A stretch of DNA of 64,000 nucleotides from Anaeramoeba ignava BMAN (Eukaryota > Protista > Anaeramoebae): the NCBI GenBank assembly GCA_028826165.1, contig JAPDFW010000088.1, positions 248,001 to 312,000 of the forward strand. Reading direction: 5' to 3'. Below the pieces are notes generated by a model that saw only the letters and a program-made list of their open reading frames with translations, made no database searches and had not been told where the DNA came from. Position numbers and translations under genes: made by a program. Shown piece after piece: positions 51,479 to 64,000 of the stretch; the first letter of the stretch is position 1, and each line of letters begins with the position of its first letter.

Positions 51479-54400
51479 TTATCTGATGTTATGTAATCGA
51501 TATTTAATTTCATATTCTGGATAATATGAAAATTGTTCAAAAACGAAATATTGTGTGTATCTTGATTTCATTTCTTTGTTAGAAACTTCAATAATAATTG
51601 AATTATAGTTTTTCATTTTTTCATAATCAAATTTTTCATTTTGATTCATTCGATAAAATCTTCCTAAACAAACTCGATAAATATAAATAGTATGAAGTCC
51701 ACTTTCAATATCAACTGTTGAATATTCATGAGCAATAGGGAAATTTTCAAAAAAATGTTTAGAATTGGGAATGTTGAAATTTTTAAATTCTGGTAATTGT
51801 TCATTTAAAATTCCTTCAATTACTGAACATGAATCAAATCTTTTTCCTGAAAATAAGTAACATTCATTAATACTGTTTAAATCTAATTTATCTGTTGTTT
51901 TTAATTGAATAATTTCATCTTTTTGTATTATATCTCTTGTTGAAAATACTTGTTTTTTATATCTTGAATAAAGTGAATAAAGTGTAATATCTTTGTTTTG
52001 TTTAACTTCAATAATATCAATATTTGGTGTAATAAATGTTTCTGTTGAACAATATGATAAATCTATTAATTTGCTGATTTTATCATAAGTATCATCATAA
52101 ATGTAAACATTTTGTCCATAACAAATTCGTTTAAAACGTGGAAGTATGGATTCAATTCTTAATTCGAAACTTTTTGGGATTGGAGAATATTCATGAAAAA
52201 ATGAAAATTCTAATAATCTTAAAGGTGTTAAAGAATATTCTTTTTTTTGTTTTTTAAGTTTGTTATATTCTTCTTCAGGAAATAATATTTCTCTTAATTC
52301 ATTTAATTTTGTATCTTGGAAAATTTTGAGAAATTTGTTCATATCTTGATTAACTAATCCTTGGGTTTCTTTAATAGCATCACCAATATAAACAAAATTT
52401 TCTTCTTTGAAAAAAAGTTGTGTGAAAATTGCATTATTTCTTTTTGTTGAAATGAGAATTGAAGAAAGTGATATTGTTTGTAAATTATCTGAGAAAAATA
52501 AATTTTTGGAATGAAGATAATGAATTCCAAGAAGTAATTGTTTAATAAATTCAATAAATTGTAAATATGAAAAATTTGGTGATGAAATGTAATCTTTGAG
52601 TGTTCCTTCATATTTATTTTTGAATCGAATGATATAACTTTTATGTTGTTTATCTTCTTCTACTTCATAATAACATTTCAATTTTCCGATTGAGGATTGA
52701 TTTAATTCAATATAAGGTAACATTTTGTTTTTGTTAATTTTCATATAAAAATATTTTTCAATTTTATTATAATAAGGAATTGGTGAATATGCTTTATCTT
52801 CTTTTAATATTTTAGTATTAATTATTTCTTTGATTGATTCATTCATTTTAAATTTCTTCATTATATTTTGTATATTTGATTTTTAATTTCTTTTTGATTT
52901 GTTTCATAAAAAGTTGATAATTTCATTTCCTAATTTTTGATTCTGGTTGATAATTTGGTTTCTTGATTTTTTTCATTTTCGGTTAATTCTTTTTATATTT
53001 ATAGAATAAACTAAATAGAATAAAATCTTCCCAATCTGAATATTTATTGATTTGATTCATTTCAGAAATATGATCTCGAATAATTTTATGAAATTTTTAT
53101 TTGAAAGAAATTTCTTAAGTTGATCTGGATCTTCGGAATTTAATTTTTCGAGTTTTTAAGTAAATTAATTGAATTGATAAATCTTCGAATTATTTGAATT
53201 TGTATGAATTGTCTTTTGAATTTGTTTGTTCGTTATATTCTATTAAATTAGTTGGTTTTGAAATTTGATGAAATTGTTTGAATTTAATTGAAATTTCTCC
53301 AATTTCTTGATAAATAAAATTAACTAATTCTCTTATTTGTTCTATTTTAAGATTTTTTTTTGGATCTTTTAAATATAAATATAATTTTTCTAATTTATTT
53401 AATTTTGTGTGAATTTCTTCAAGATTTGTAGCATATCTAAGTGTTGTGAAATTTTTATGAAGTTCGTCATATTGAGCTGTATCTTCCATTTTTTTCCAAA
53501 ATTTTTGTATTTCTTTTTTGAATATTTTGGTTTCTTTTTCTCTTTTGGATAATAATGATTTTGGTAATGATGATTTTGATAATGATGATTTTGGTTTTTC
53601 AAATTGAATAATTTCATCAAAATGAATTTGAGAACTATTATATAAATTTTCAAGATTATTTTTGGGTGATAAAATTTGTGGAATTTTATCAAAAAATTCA
53701 ATAAGTTTTAGTTGAGATGAATTTACTGAGTTTGAATATATTTTGGGTGTAATTTCAATTTTTTGAATTTTAGTTTCTAAAAATCTTAAATTTTTGGATA
53801 TTTTGATTTTTTGTTGTGATGGTTTTGGTTTTGGGTTTAAATCTTGATATTTAGCTGGATAATTAATACGACACCATTCATTAAGTTTGATAAATGATTC
53901 TTTTGAGGTTTTTTCATCTTCATAACTTTTATTATAATTACGTAATAAAATAAGATATTGATATCTTAAATCTTTTTTAATATTTTCATCTTCTTCAAAT
54001 TTAGGATTGTTTTCATCTCCTTTAAATATTGGATGTTGTAATAATTCTTTGGATTTTTGAGGTTGAGTATCAAAATAAAGATGAATTAATGATAAAAGAT
54101 ATGTGGCTTTTTGTTCTTTATCATTGGTTATTTCAATCATATTTTCCAATGCTTCAATTTTTTCATTTAAAGATTCAACATTTTCAAAAGCATATTTGAA
54201 TAAATTAAATACTTTAAAAGATTTTTTTTCATCTTTATCAATTTTTTTTTCATCTTTATATAATTTTGCAAGTAATAATTTATGTCTAGATTCTTCGATT
54301 TTATCATTTTGTGATTTGAAATTTTCACAAAGTTGTTTTAAAATTTGTTTACGTTTTAAAATAAGTTGAGAATCATTAGATTTGTCTTCTGGTTTTGGAT

Positions 54401-57400
54401 CATAAAGATCAGTAGTTAATCCAAGTGCAAATTTGAGAATTTCAATTTTTTTTAATGAAGGAATCTTTTCTTCTTTTTCTTTTAAAAATTCAAAACATTT
54501 TTCAATTCGTTTTAATGCCCATTTTAATGTTTTATTATAGAAATCTGTATCTATTTTAGTATCTATTTTAGTATCTGAAGTGTTTTCTATTTCAGATTTT
54601 TCATAGAATTGACCATCAATTTTTATAGGTTGTTTAATTAAATGAGTTATATTTGTAGTATTTTGGTATTTGCGCTTTATAAAAGTGAGTTTTTGAACCA
54701 CTTCTTCAGTTTCATCTTTCTTTGTGAGATCCATACTAATTGATAAAAGGTTTAAATTTTTACGTTGATAAGGTTTTCTTGGTTCTTTTTTTCCATCAGA
54801 AAACCTTGGAATATTTGAATTTTGTTGTTTTGGTTTCGAGGATTTTGGTAATTTTGTGAGATCCATACTAATTGAAAAAGGGTTGAAATTTTTACGTTTG
54901 TGATATTTTGTCGGTTCTTTTTTTACATCAAAAAACCTTGGAATAGTTGGATTGTTTGATTTTATTTCTGATTCTTTTTTTTTTGATTTTGATTCTTTTG
55001 ATATTTTTGATTCTATATCCGAGTCTGATTCTGTTGTTATTGTTAATTCTTCTTTTGATTCTTCTTTTGATTCTTCTTTTGATTCTTCTTGTGTATCTTC
55101 AAAAAGAAAACTATATTGAAATTTAAAGCATTCAAAGAAAGTATTTTCAAAATCTCCAAAATATTTCAAAATTTCATTTTTTGGATAAAAGATAAAATGA
55201 TTTTTGAAATCTTCAAGTTTCACACCTTCTTGTTCTTTTTTAGGTATTGGTAATCCTTGAAATATTTCATGAACTTTAGATATTATATTTTGTTCATTAA
55301 TTAATTCTTTGATTTGAAATTCAATGTTATTTATTTCATTTGAAGATAAATTGCTTATATCTTTTTCTTGTTTTTTGTAAGAAAGCCAAAATTGTAAAAA
55401 AAATGCAACATTTAAAATTTGTTCGAAAGCTTCATATAATTCATTTTCTTCAAGAAGTTCATTATGATTACTTTTTTTATTTTAAATTTTTAATTATTAA
55501 TTAATTTTATTTTAATTTTTTTTGGATTTCTGAAATAATAATTTACGTATCAAAAATCTCAAAAAATTTTACTGCTTTTTCTCTAATTGATGTTTTTTTA
55601 AAGTTATTCAAAGCTTCAATTAAAGTTATTGATTTATTTTCATATTGTTTATCATTTCTAATTTTTAATTTGAAAAATATAAAAATAAATATAAATATAA
55701 ATATAAATATAAATATAAATATAAATATAAATATAAATATAAATATAAATATAAATATAAATATAAATATAAATATTTAAATAAAAATATAAATATAAAT
55801 ATAAATATAAATATAAATATAAATATAAATATAAATATTTAAATAAAAATATAAATATAAATATAAATATAAATATAAATATAAATATAAATATAAATAT
55901 AAATATAAATATAAATATAAATATAAATATAAATATTTAAATAAAAATATAAATATAAATATAAATATAAATATAAATATAAATATAAATATAAATATAA
56001 TTATTTGAAATATAAATAACAAACAATCCAAATATATCTGAAACTGTTGTGAGTCTTTTATCATTCAAACAAAACATTTTTTGGATAGTATTAATAATTG
56101 ATGATTGATATTTTGGTTTCTAATTTAAGAAATATTTTCATTTTTTAAAAAATATAAAAAATAAAAGAAATAAATTTAGATAAATAAATGAATGAATGAA
56201 TTTTAAATTGATAATTCTAATTTTACTGAATATGTTTTTTCGGAATCTAGGATATTAGGTTGATTATTCTTTTGATCTTCATTTTCATTTTGATTCTCAT
56301 TTTCATTTTCATTTTTATTTTCATTTTCATTTTGATTTTGATTTTGATTTTGATTTTCATTTTTATTTTCATTTTGATTTTTATTTTGATTTTTATTTTG
56401 ATTTTTATTTTGATTTTGCATTAAATTTTGATTTTGATTTTGATTTTGATTTTGAATTTGATTTTGAATTTGATTTTGATTTTGATTTTGTATATTTATT
56501 ATAATATTTGATGAAATTGGTTGAATAATTTGATTTGGAGATTGAGTAGATTCGAGTATTTTTTTGAATTCTTGTAATTCTGCCCTGTGTTTAATAGTAA
56601 ATTCTAAACTAAGATCTTGTTCTGATTGATCTAATAAGTTGTTTTGTTCTTCAATATCTTCAAGAAACCCAGAAGAAGATGTTAATCTTGCAAATACTCC
56701 TTTTTTAGCATATTTACTTACAGTTAAAAATAATCCTTTCAATATTTCCAAGAAAGTTGTTAAATTAATAAATTTTTTGCTTTGATTTTCATTATTTTCA
56801 AGTTTTTCATTTTCATTTTCAAGTTTTTTAATTTGATCTTCAATTAAAAATTCATAAAAAACACTTATAATAATTTGATAGTAATTTTTTTGTTTTTCTT
56901 TTTTTTTTTCTTGTTCTTTTTCTTGTTTTTTTTTTTGTTTTTTTGATAAGTTTTGATTTAAATTCATTTCTTGTTCTTGCTTTTGTTTTTGAATTAATAT
57001 ATCAAGATAAGCTTTTTTAAAACTTATTTGGAAAAATTTGAATTTTTCTTGAACTAATTCTCTTTTTTTATTATTTAAACTGGTTTTATTCATTTCTTCT
57101 TGTAAGTTATTGCAACTTATTTTAAAACGATCTTTTTGGATTTCACTTAATTCTGCTTGTGGAATTATTTGCATTTGAGGAAATACTATTATTTTTTTTT
57201 TAATAAACAAAATTAATTAAAATAAAAACAAAAAAAAAATTAAATAAAAAAATTTTTTTTCCTTTTTTTTCCTTTTTTTTTTGCTTTTTTTTTTTACAGA
57301 ATTGTATTGTTTTTGTTAATCTATCTATTCTTCCAAGAACTTGAATAACTATTTTTCCTGCTTTTGCTTTATTATCAAATTGTTCTTTAAACCATTTTAT

Positions 57401-57436
57401 TCCATCGACAACAAATCCAATTAAATCTGTTGCCAT
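51479..57436 (-). CDS. Paralog B: MLKL-4HB-like + EF-hand + helical region + pseudokinase + PARP-like domain (several homopolymer frameshifts at ~52870-53230)
   Basis: Same 5-exon N-terminal structure as A and C. The C-terminal ORF has kinase-like FIKQLLLGIHYLHSKN (no HRD or DFG) and PARP-like NECYLFSG...IYRVCLG...YNSI...QYFVFEQFSYYPEYEIKY. Linking the 677-aa and 460-aa ORFs is inferred from coding-like sequence across single-base slips. Confidence 0.6.
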
Positions 57437-57631
57437 TTTTAAATTTAAAAAAAGAAAAAAAATGAAAAAAAAAATTGAAAAAGAAATAAAAAAGAATTAA
57501 AAAAGAAAAGTGGATTTTTAAATAAATTTATTTTTCCTCTTTTTTATTTAAATTTTTATTTTTATTTTTCCTCTTTTTTATTTAAAATTTATTTTTCATT
57601 TTTTTTTTTTCATTTTTTTTTTTTAATTTGA

Positions 57632-58666
57632 ATGGGAGCAAATCAATCATCATTATTTTCTTATGAAAATATTCAAGAAAACCCTTTTCAAATTTCTGTA
57701 TTTTAATTTTCTATTTTAAATCTATCTAATTTTTATCTAATTATTCGTTTATTTACCATTTATTTTTAAATTTAAGATGACAAAAGAATTTGTTGAAATG
57801 ATTACAAATAATTTTAATAACATACAAGAAGTTGATTATAACAAAATTCCAAAAATATCCATTGAAAAAATTTTTCGGTAAAAAACAATTATTTAATTTA
57901 AAATTAATTCAAAATTATTTAAATCAAAACTATTTAATTCAAAATTATTTAATTTAAAATTATTTAATTTAAAATTATTTAATTTAAAATTATTTAATTC
58001 AAAACTATTTAATTCAAAATTATTTAATTTAAAATTAATTTAATTCACAATTATTTAATTTAAAATTAATTCAAAATTATTTAATTTAAAATTATTTAAT
58101 TTAAAATTATTTAATTCACAATTATTTAATTTCAAAATTATTTAATTTAAAATTATTTAATTTAAAATTATTTAATTTAAAATTATTTAATTTAAAATTT
58201 ATTTAATTTAAAATTATTTAATTTAAAATTATTTAATTTAAAATTATTTAATTCAAAATTATTTAATTTAAAATTATTTAATTCAAAATTATTTAATTTC
58301 AAAATTATTTAATTTAAAATTTATTTAATTTAAAATTTATTTAAAATTATTTAATTTAAAATTTATTTAATTTAAAATTTATTTAAAATTATTTAATTTA
58401 AAGAGAAAAATTTCCTCAAAAATATTCTGAACTGCAACAAAATATGTTTGATTGTTTTATTCAAAAAGAAAAACCTGAAATGTGTATGAAAGAAATTGAA
58501 GATTTTTTCGAATTTATATTTAATTCTGATAAAGTAAGTTTCAATATTTTTTTTTCATTTCAAAAAAACAAATTCTTTAATATTTTATTAATTTAATTTT
58601 GTTATTTTGATTTTATTTTTAATTTTTAATCAATAGTCTTGTTTTCAATCAAGAAGAAATGTTTAA
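57632..58666 (+). CDS. Small N-myristoylated Cx9C protein, Mic19/CHCHD3-like (108 aa); exons 57632-57697, 57777-57877, 58404-58533, 58637-58666
   Basis: In-frame GT-AG model: MGANQSSLFSYENIQENPFQISMTKEFVEMI...YSELQQNMFDCFIQKEKPEMCMKEIEDFFEF. Not in the ORF track. Confidence 0.5.
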
Positions 58667-58849
58667 GAAAAACAAACAAACAAACAAACAAAACCCTTTT
58701 CTTATTTTCTTTCTTTTTTTTAATTGATTGTTTTATGAAAATTTAAGTTTTATTTCATTAAAAACAAATACAGAAACAACCTATTATTTCTTTTATTTCC
58801 TTTAAACAATCCTTTTACATACCAAATTGGAAAAACAACTTAATATTTA

Positions 58850-59820
58850 TTTCAATATTTAATTCAATATTTGATTTAATATTTATTTTAATATTTATTT
58901 TAATATTTATTTTAATATTTATTTTAATATTTATTTAAATATTTATTTAAATATTTATTTTTAATATTTATTTTTAATATTTATTTTAATATTTATTTTT
59001 AATATTTATTTTTAATATTTATTTTAATATTTTTATTTTTAATATTTATTTTATTATTTATTTTAATATTTAATTTAATATTTAATTTAATATTTAATTT
59101 AATATTTATTTTAATATTTATTTTTAATATTTATTATAATATTTATTTTAATATTTATTTTAATATTTATTTTTAATATTTGATTTTAAAATTTATTTTT
59201 AATATTTATTTTTAATATTTATTTTTAATATTTATTTTTAATATTTGATTTAATATTTAATTTATATTTTATTTTTTAATATTTATTTTTGATATTTAAT
59301 TTTAATATTTGTTTTTAATATTTATTTTAATATTTATTTAAATATTTATTTAAATATTTATTTTTAATATTTATTTTAATATTTATTTTAATATTTATTT
59401 TAATATTTTATTTTAATATTTATTTTTAATATTTAATTTAATATTTATTTTAATATTTATTTTTAATATTTATTTTTAATGTTTTATTTTAATATTTATT
59501 TTTAATATTTATTTTTAAATTTATTTTAATATTTATTTTAATGTTTATTTTAATATTTATTTTAATATTTATTTTAATATTTAATTTTAATATTTAATTT
59601 TAATATTTATTTTAATATTTATTTTAATTTAATATTTAATTTAATATTTATTTTAATATTTAATTTAATATTTAATTTAATATTTATTTTAATATTTAAT
59701 TTAATATTTAATTTAATATTTAATTTAATATTTATTTTAATATTTATTTTAATATTTATTTTAATATTTATTTTAATATTTATTTTTAATATTTATTTAA
59801 TATTTATTTTAATTTTTTTA
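58850..59820. repeat. Intergenic AT satellite (TTTAATATTTA-type)
   Basis: About 1 kb of degenerate 11-12-mer repeat. Confidence 0.85.
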
Positions 59821-60044
59821 TTTTTAAGTGAAATTAAAATTGGAATTGAGGTTTTATCCCTTTTATTGAAAGAGGAAAAAAAGGAAAAAAAGAGGAAAAA
59901 TAAAATAAAATTTATTTTAAAGATCCACTTTTCTTTTTCATTTTCTTTTTATTTTATTTTTGTTGTTTATTTTGTTTTTATTGGTTAATTTGAAGAAAAA
60001 CACACAAAAAAAAAACAAAATAAAAATAAAAAAGTTGAATAAAA

Positions 60045-63000
60045 ATGGCAACAGATTTAATTGGATTTGTTATCGATGGAATAAAATGGTTTAAAGAACA
60101 ATTTGATAACAAAGCAAAAGCAGGAAAAATAGTTATTCAAGTTCTTGGAAGAATAGATAGATTAACAAAAACAATACAATTCTGTAAAAAAAAAAAGCAA
60201 AAAAAAAAAGGAAAAAGGAAAAATTTTTATTTAATTTTTGTTTTTATTTTAATTAATTTTGTTTATTAAAAAAAAAATAATAGTATTTCCTCAAATGCAA
60301 ATAATTCCACAAGCAGAATTAAGTGAAATCCAAAAAGATCGTTTTAAAACAAATTGCGATTGGTTAAAAAAAGAAATGAATAAAAAAAGTTTAAATAATA
60401 AAAAAAGAGAATTAGTTCAAGAAAAATTCAAATTTTTCCAAATAAGTTTTAAAAAAGCTTATCTTGATATATTAATTCAAAATCAAAAGCAAGAACAACA
60501 AATAAATTTAAATCAAAACTTATCAAAAAATCAAAAAAAAAAAAAAGAAAAGCAAAAAAATTACTATCAAATTATTATAAGTGTTTTTTATGAATTTTTA
60601 ATTGGAGATCAAATTACAAAACTTGAAAATGAAAATGAAAAACTTGAAAATAATCAAAATCAAAATCAAATTCAAAACCAAAACCAAAATCAAAATCAAA
60701 ATCAAAATCAAAATCAAAATCAAAATCAAAATCAAAATCAAAATCAAAATCAAAATCAAAATCAAAATCAAATTCAAAATCAAAATCAAAATCAAAATCA
60801 AAAATTTATTAATTTAAAAAATTTTTTGGAAATATTGAAAGGATTATTTTTAACTGTAAGTAAATATGCTAAAAAAGGAGTATTTGCAAGATTAAAATCT
60901 TCTTCTGAATTTCTTGATGATATTGAAGAACAAAACAACTTATTAGATCAATCAGAACAAGATCTTAGTTTAGAATTTACTATTAAACACAGGGTAGAAT
61001 TTCAAGAATTCAAAAAAACAATCAGCTCTACTCAATCTCCAAACCAAATTATTCAACCAATTTCACAAAATATTATAATAAATATACAAACTCAAAATCA
61101 AAATCAAATTCAAAATTTAATGCAAAATCAAAATTTAATACAAACTCAAAATCAAAATGAAAATCAAATTGAAAATCAAATCCAAAATTTAATGCAAAAT
61201 CAAAACCAAAATCAAAATCAAAATCAAAATCAAAATCAAAATGAAAATGAAAATGAAAATCAAAATCAAAATGAAAATGAAAATGAAAATGAAAATGAAA
61301 ATGAAAATGAAAATGAAAATGAAAATGAAAATGAAAATCAAAATCAAAATCAAAATGAAAATGAAAATGAAAATGAAAATCAAAATCAAAATCAAAATCA
61401 AAATCAAAATCAAAATCAAAATCAAAATGAAAATGAAAATGAAAATCAAAATCAAAATCAAAATCAAAATCAAAATGAAAATGAAAATGAAAATGAAAAT
61501 AAAAATGAAAATGAAAATGAAAATGAAAATAAAATTGAAAATCAAATTAAAAATGAAAATAAAAATGAAAATAAAAATGAAAATAAAATTAAAAATGAAA
61601 ATCAAAATGAAAATCAAAATAAAAATGAAAATGAAAATAAAAATGAAAATAAAAATGAAAATGAAAATGAGAATCAAAATGAAAATGAAGATCAAAAGAA
61701 TAATCAACCTAATATCCTAGATTCCGAAAATATAATATATTCAGTAAAATTAGAATTATCAATTTAAAATTCATTCATTCATTTATTTATCTAAATTTAT
61801 TTCTTTTATTTTATTTTTTATATTTTTTAAAAAATGAAAATATTTCTTAAATTAGAAACCAAAATATCAATCATCAATTATTAATAATATCCAAAAAATG
61901 TTTTGTTTGAATGATAAAAGACTCACAACAGTTTCAGATATATTTGGATTGTTTGTTATTTATATTTCAAATATTTATATTTATATTTATATTTATATTT
62001 CAAATAATTATATTTATATTTATATTTATAATTATATTTATACTTATATTTATATTTATATTTATATTTAGATTTATATTTATATTTTGATTTATATTTA
62101 TATTTATATTTATATTTATATTTATATTTATATTTATATTTATATTTATATTTATATTTATATTTATATTTATATTTATATTTATATTTTTCAAATTAAA
62201 AATTAGAAATGATAAACAATATGAAAATAAATCAATAACTTTAATTGAAGCTTTGAATAACTTTAAAAAAACATCAATTAGAGAAAAAGCAGTAAAATTT
62301 TTTGAGATTTATGATACGTAAATTATTATTTCAGAAATCAAAAAAAAAATAAAATAAAATTAATTAATAATTAAAAATTTAAAATAAAAAAAGTAATCAT
62401 AATGAACTTCTTGAAGAAAATGAATTATATGAAGCTTTCGAACAAATTTTAAATGTTACATTTTTTTTACAATTTTGGCTTTCTTACAAAAAACAAGAAA
62501 AAGATATAAGCAATTTATCTTCAAATGAAATAAATAAAATTGAATTTCAAATCAAAGAATTAATTAATGAAAAAAATATAATATCTAAAGTTCATGAAAT
62601 ATTTCAAGAATTACCAATAACTAAAAAAGAACAAGAAGAAGGTGTGAAACTTGAAGATTTCAAAAATCATTTTGTCTTTTATCCAAAAAATGAAATTTTG
62701 AAATGCTTTGGAGATTTTGAAAATACTTTCTTTGGATGCTTTAAATTTCAATATAGTTTTCTTTTTGAAGATACACAAGAAGAATCAAAAGAAGAATCAA
62801 AAGAAGAATTAACAATAACAACAGAATCAGACTCGGATATAGAATCAAAAATATCAAAAGAACCAAAATCAGCACAACCAAAAACAACAAATCAAAAAAT
62901 ATTAGGATCAAAAGAACCAGAAATAAAACCAAAATCAAAATCAAAAGAACCAGAAATAAAATCAAACAATCCAACTATTCCAAGGTTTTTTGATGTAAAA

Positions 63001-64000
63001 AAAGAACCGACAAAATATCACAAACGTAAAAATTTCAACCCTTTTTCAATTAGTATGGATCTCACAAAATTACAAAAATCCTCGAAACCAAAACAACAAA
63101 ATTCAAATATTCGAAGATTTTTGGCTGGAAAAAAAGAATCAGAAAAAAAATCAAACTCAAAATCAAAAGAACCAGAAAAAAAACCAAAATCAAAAAAAAA
63201 AGAATCAGAAAAAAAATCAAACAATCCAACTATTCCAAGGTTTTCTGATGGAAAAAAAGAACCGAGAAAATCTCATCAACGTAAAAATTTAAACCTTTTA
63301 TCAATTAGTATGGATCTCACAAAGAAAGATGAAACTGAAGAAGTGGCTCAAAAACTCACTTTTATAAAGCGCGAATACCAAAATACTAAAAATATAACTC
63401 ATTTAATTAAACAACCTATAAAAATTGATGGTCAATTCTATGAAAAATCTGAAATAGAAAACACTTCAGATACTAAAATAGATACAGATTTCTATAATAA
63501 AACATTAAAATGGGCATTAAAACGAATTGAAGAATGTTTTGAATTTTTAAAAGAAAAAGAAGAAAAGATTCCTTCATTAAAAAAAATTGAAATTCTCAAA
63601 TTTGCACTTGGATTAACTACTGATCTTTATGATCCAAAACCAGAAGACAAATCTAATGATTCTCAACTTATTTTTAAAACGTAAACAAATTTTAAAACAA
63701 CTTTGTGAAAATTTCAAATCACAAAAATGATAAAATCGAAGAATCTAGACATAAATTATTACTTGCAAAATTATATAAAGATGAAAAACTGATAAAGATG
63801 AAAAACTGATAAAGATGAAAAACTGATAAAGATGAAAAACTGATAAAGATGAAAAACTGATAAAGATGAAAAATTGATAAAGATGAAAAATCTTTTAAAG
63901 TATTTAATTTATTCAAATATGCTTTTGAAAATGTTGAATCTTTAAATGAAAAATTGAAGCATTGGAAAATATGATTGAAATAACCAATGATAAAGAACAA
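60045..64000 (+). CDS. Paralog C (inverted duplicate of B), runs off the window; exons 60045-60183, 60284-61743, 61856-61950, 62207-62317, 62394->64000
   Basis: Exons and introns nearly identical to B in the opposite orientation, with an expanded poly-NQ/NE tract. Homopolymer slips appear after 63670. Confidence 0.65.

Noticed and set aside
52862-53230. Cluster of frameshifts suggesting paralog B is a pseudogene (also 63670-64000 in C and ~22310 in the ARM gene)
   Set aside because: The ones I traced are single-base changes in homopolymers within duplicated sequence, typical of unpolished long-read consensus. Pseudogene status cannot be called without reads.
1087-62194. Many ORFs of [24 protein letters not shown] or RKQIQNQF type
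   Set aside because: They are translations of intronic or intergenic micro- and minisatellites, or of the wrong frame or strand of poly-NQ tracts.

Overview
Extremely AT-rich, intron-rich eukaryotic (protist) genomic DNA with satellite-filled introns and poly-(Asn-Gln) tracts. Composition plus nuclear inteins suggest an Anaeramoeba-like amoeboid metamonad (inference, not confirmed). By reading GT-AG junctions by hand I reconstructed about 17 spliced genes: a tandem-UBA protein (partial), importin-alpha, a Furry/Tao3/Mor2 protein with a C-terminal RGS domain, dynactin p22 (DCTN3), a 3-RRM protein, an exon-per-repeat ARM protein, UMP1/POMP, CWF19L1, a Zwint/Sos7/Kre28-like protein, an RRM-RING-CCCH protein, a Cdc123-like ATP-grasp protein, an ankyrin-hyccin fusion, RNA polymerase III subunit RPC2 with two inteins, a Mic19-like small protein, and three paralogs of an MLKL-4HB/EF-hand(/pseudokinase/PARP-like) gene. 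There is also one tRNA-Phe(GAA). The most striking signal is eight putative single-codon (3-nt) microexons, two between each pair of ankyrin-repeat exons, encoding the variable hairpin residues of each repeat. Most short ORFs in the supplied track are microsatellite or antisense artefacts. All family assignments come from motif recognition by eye, not database searches.
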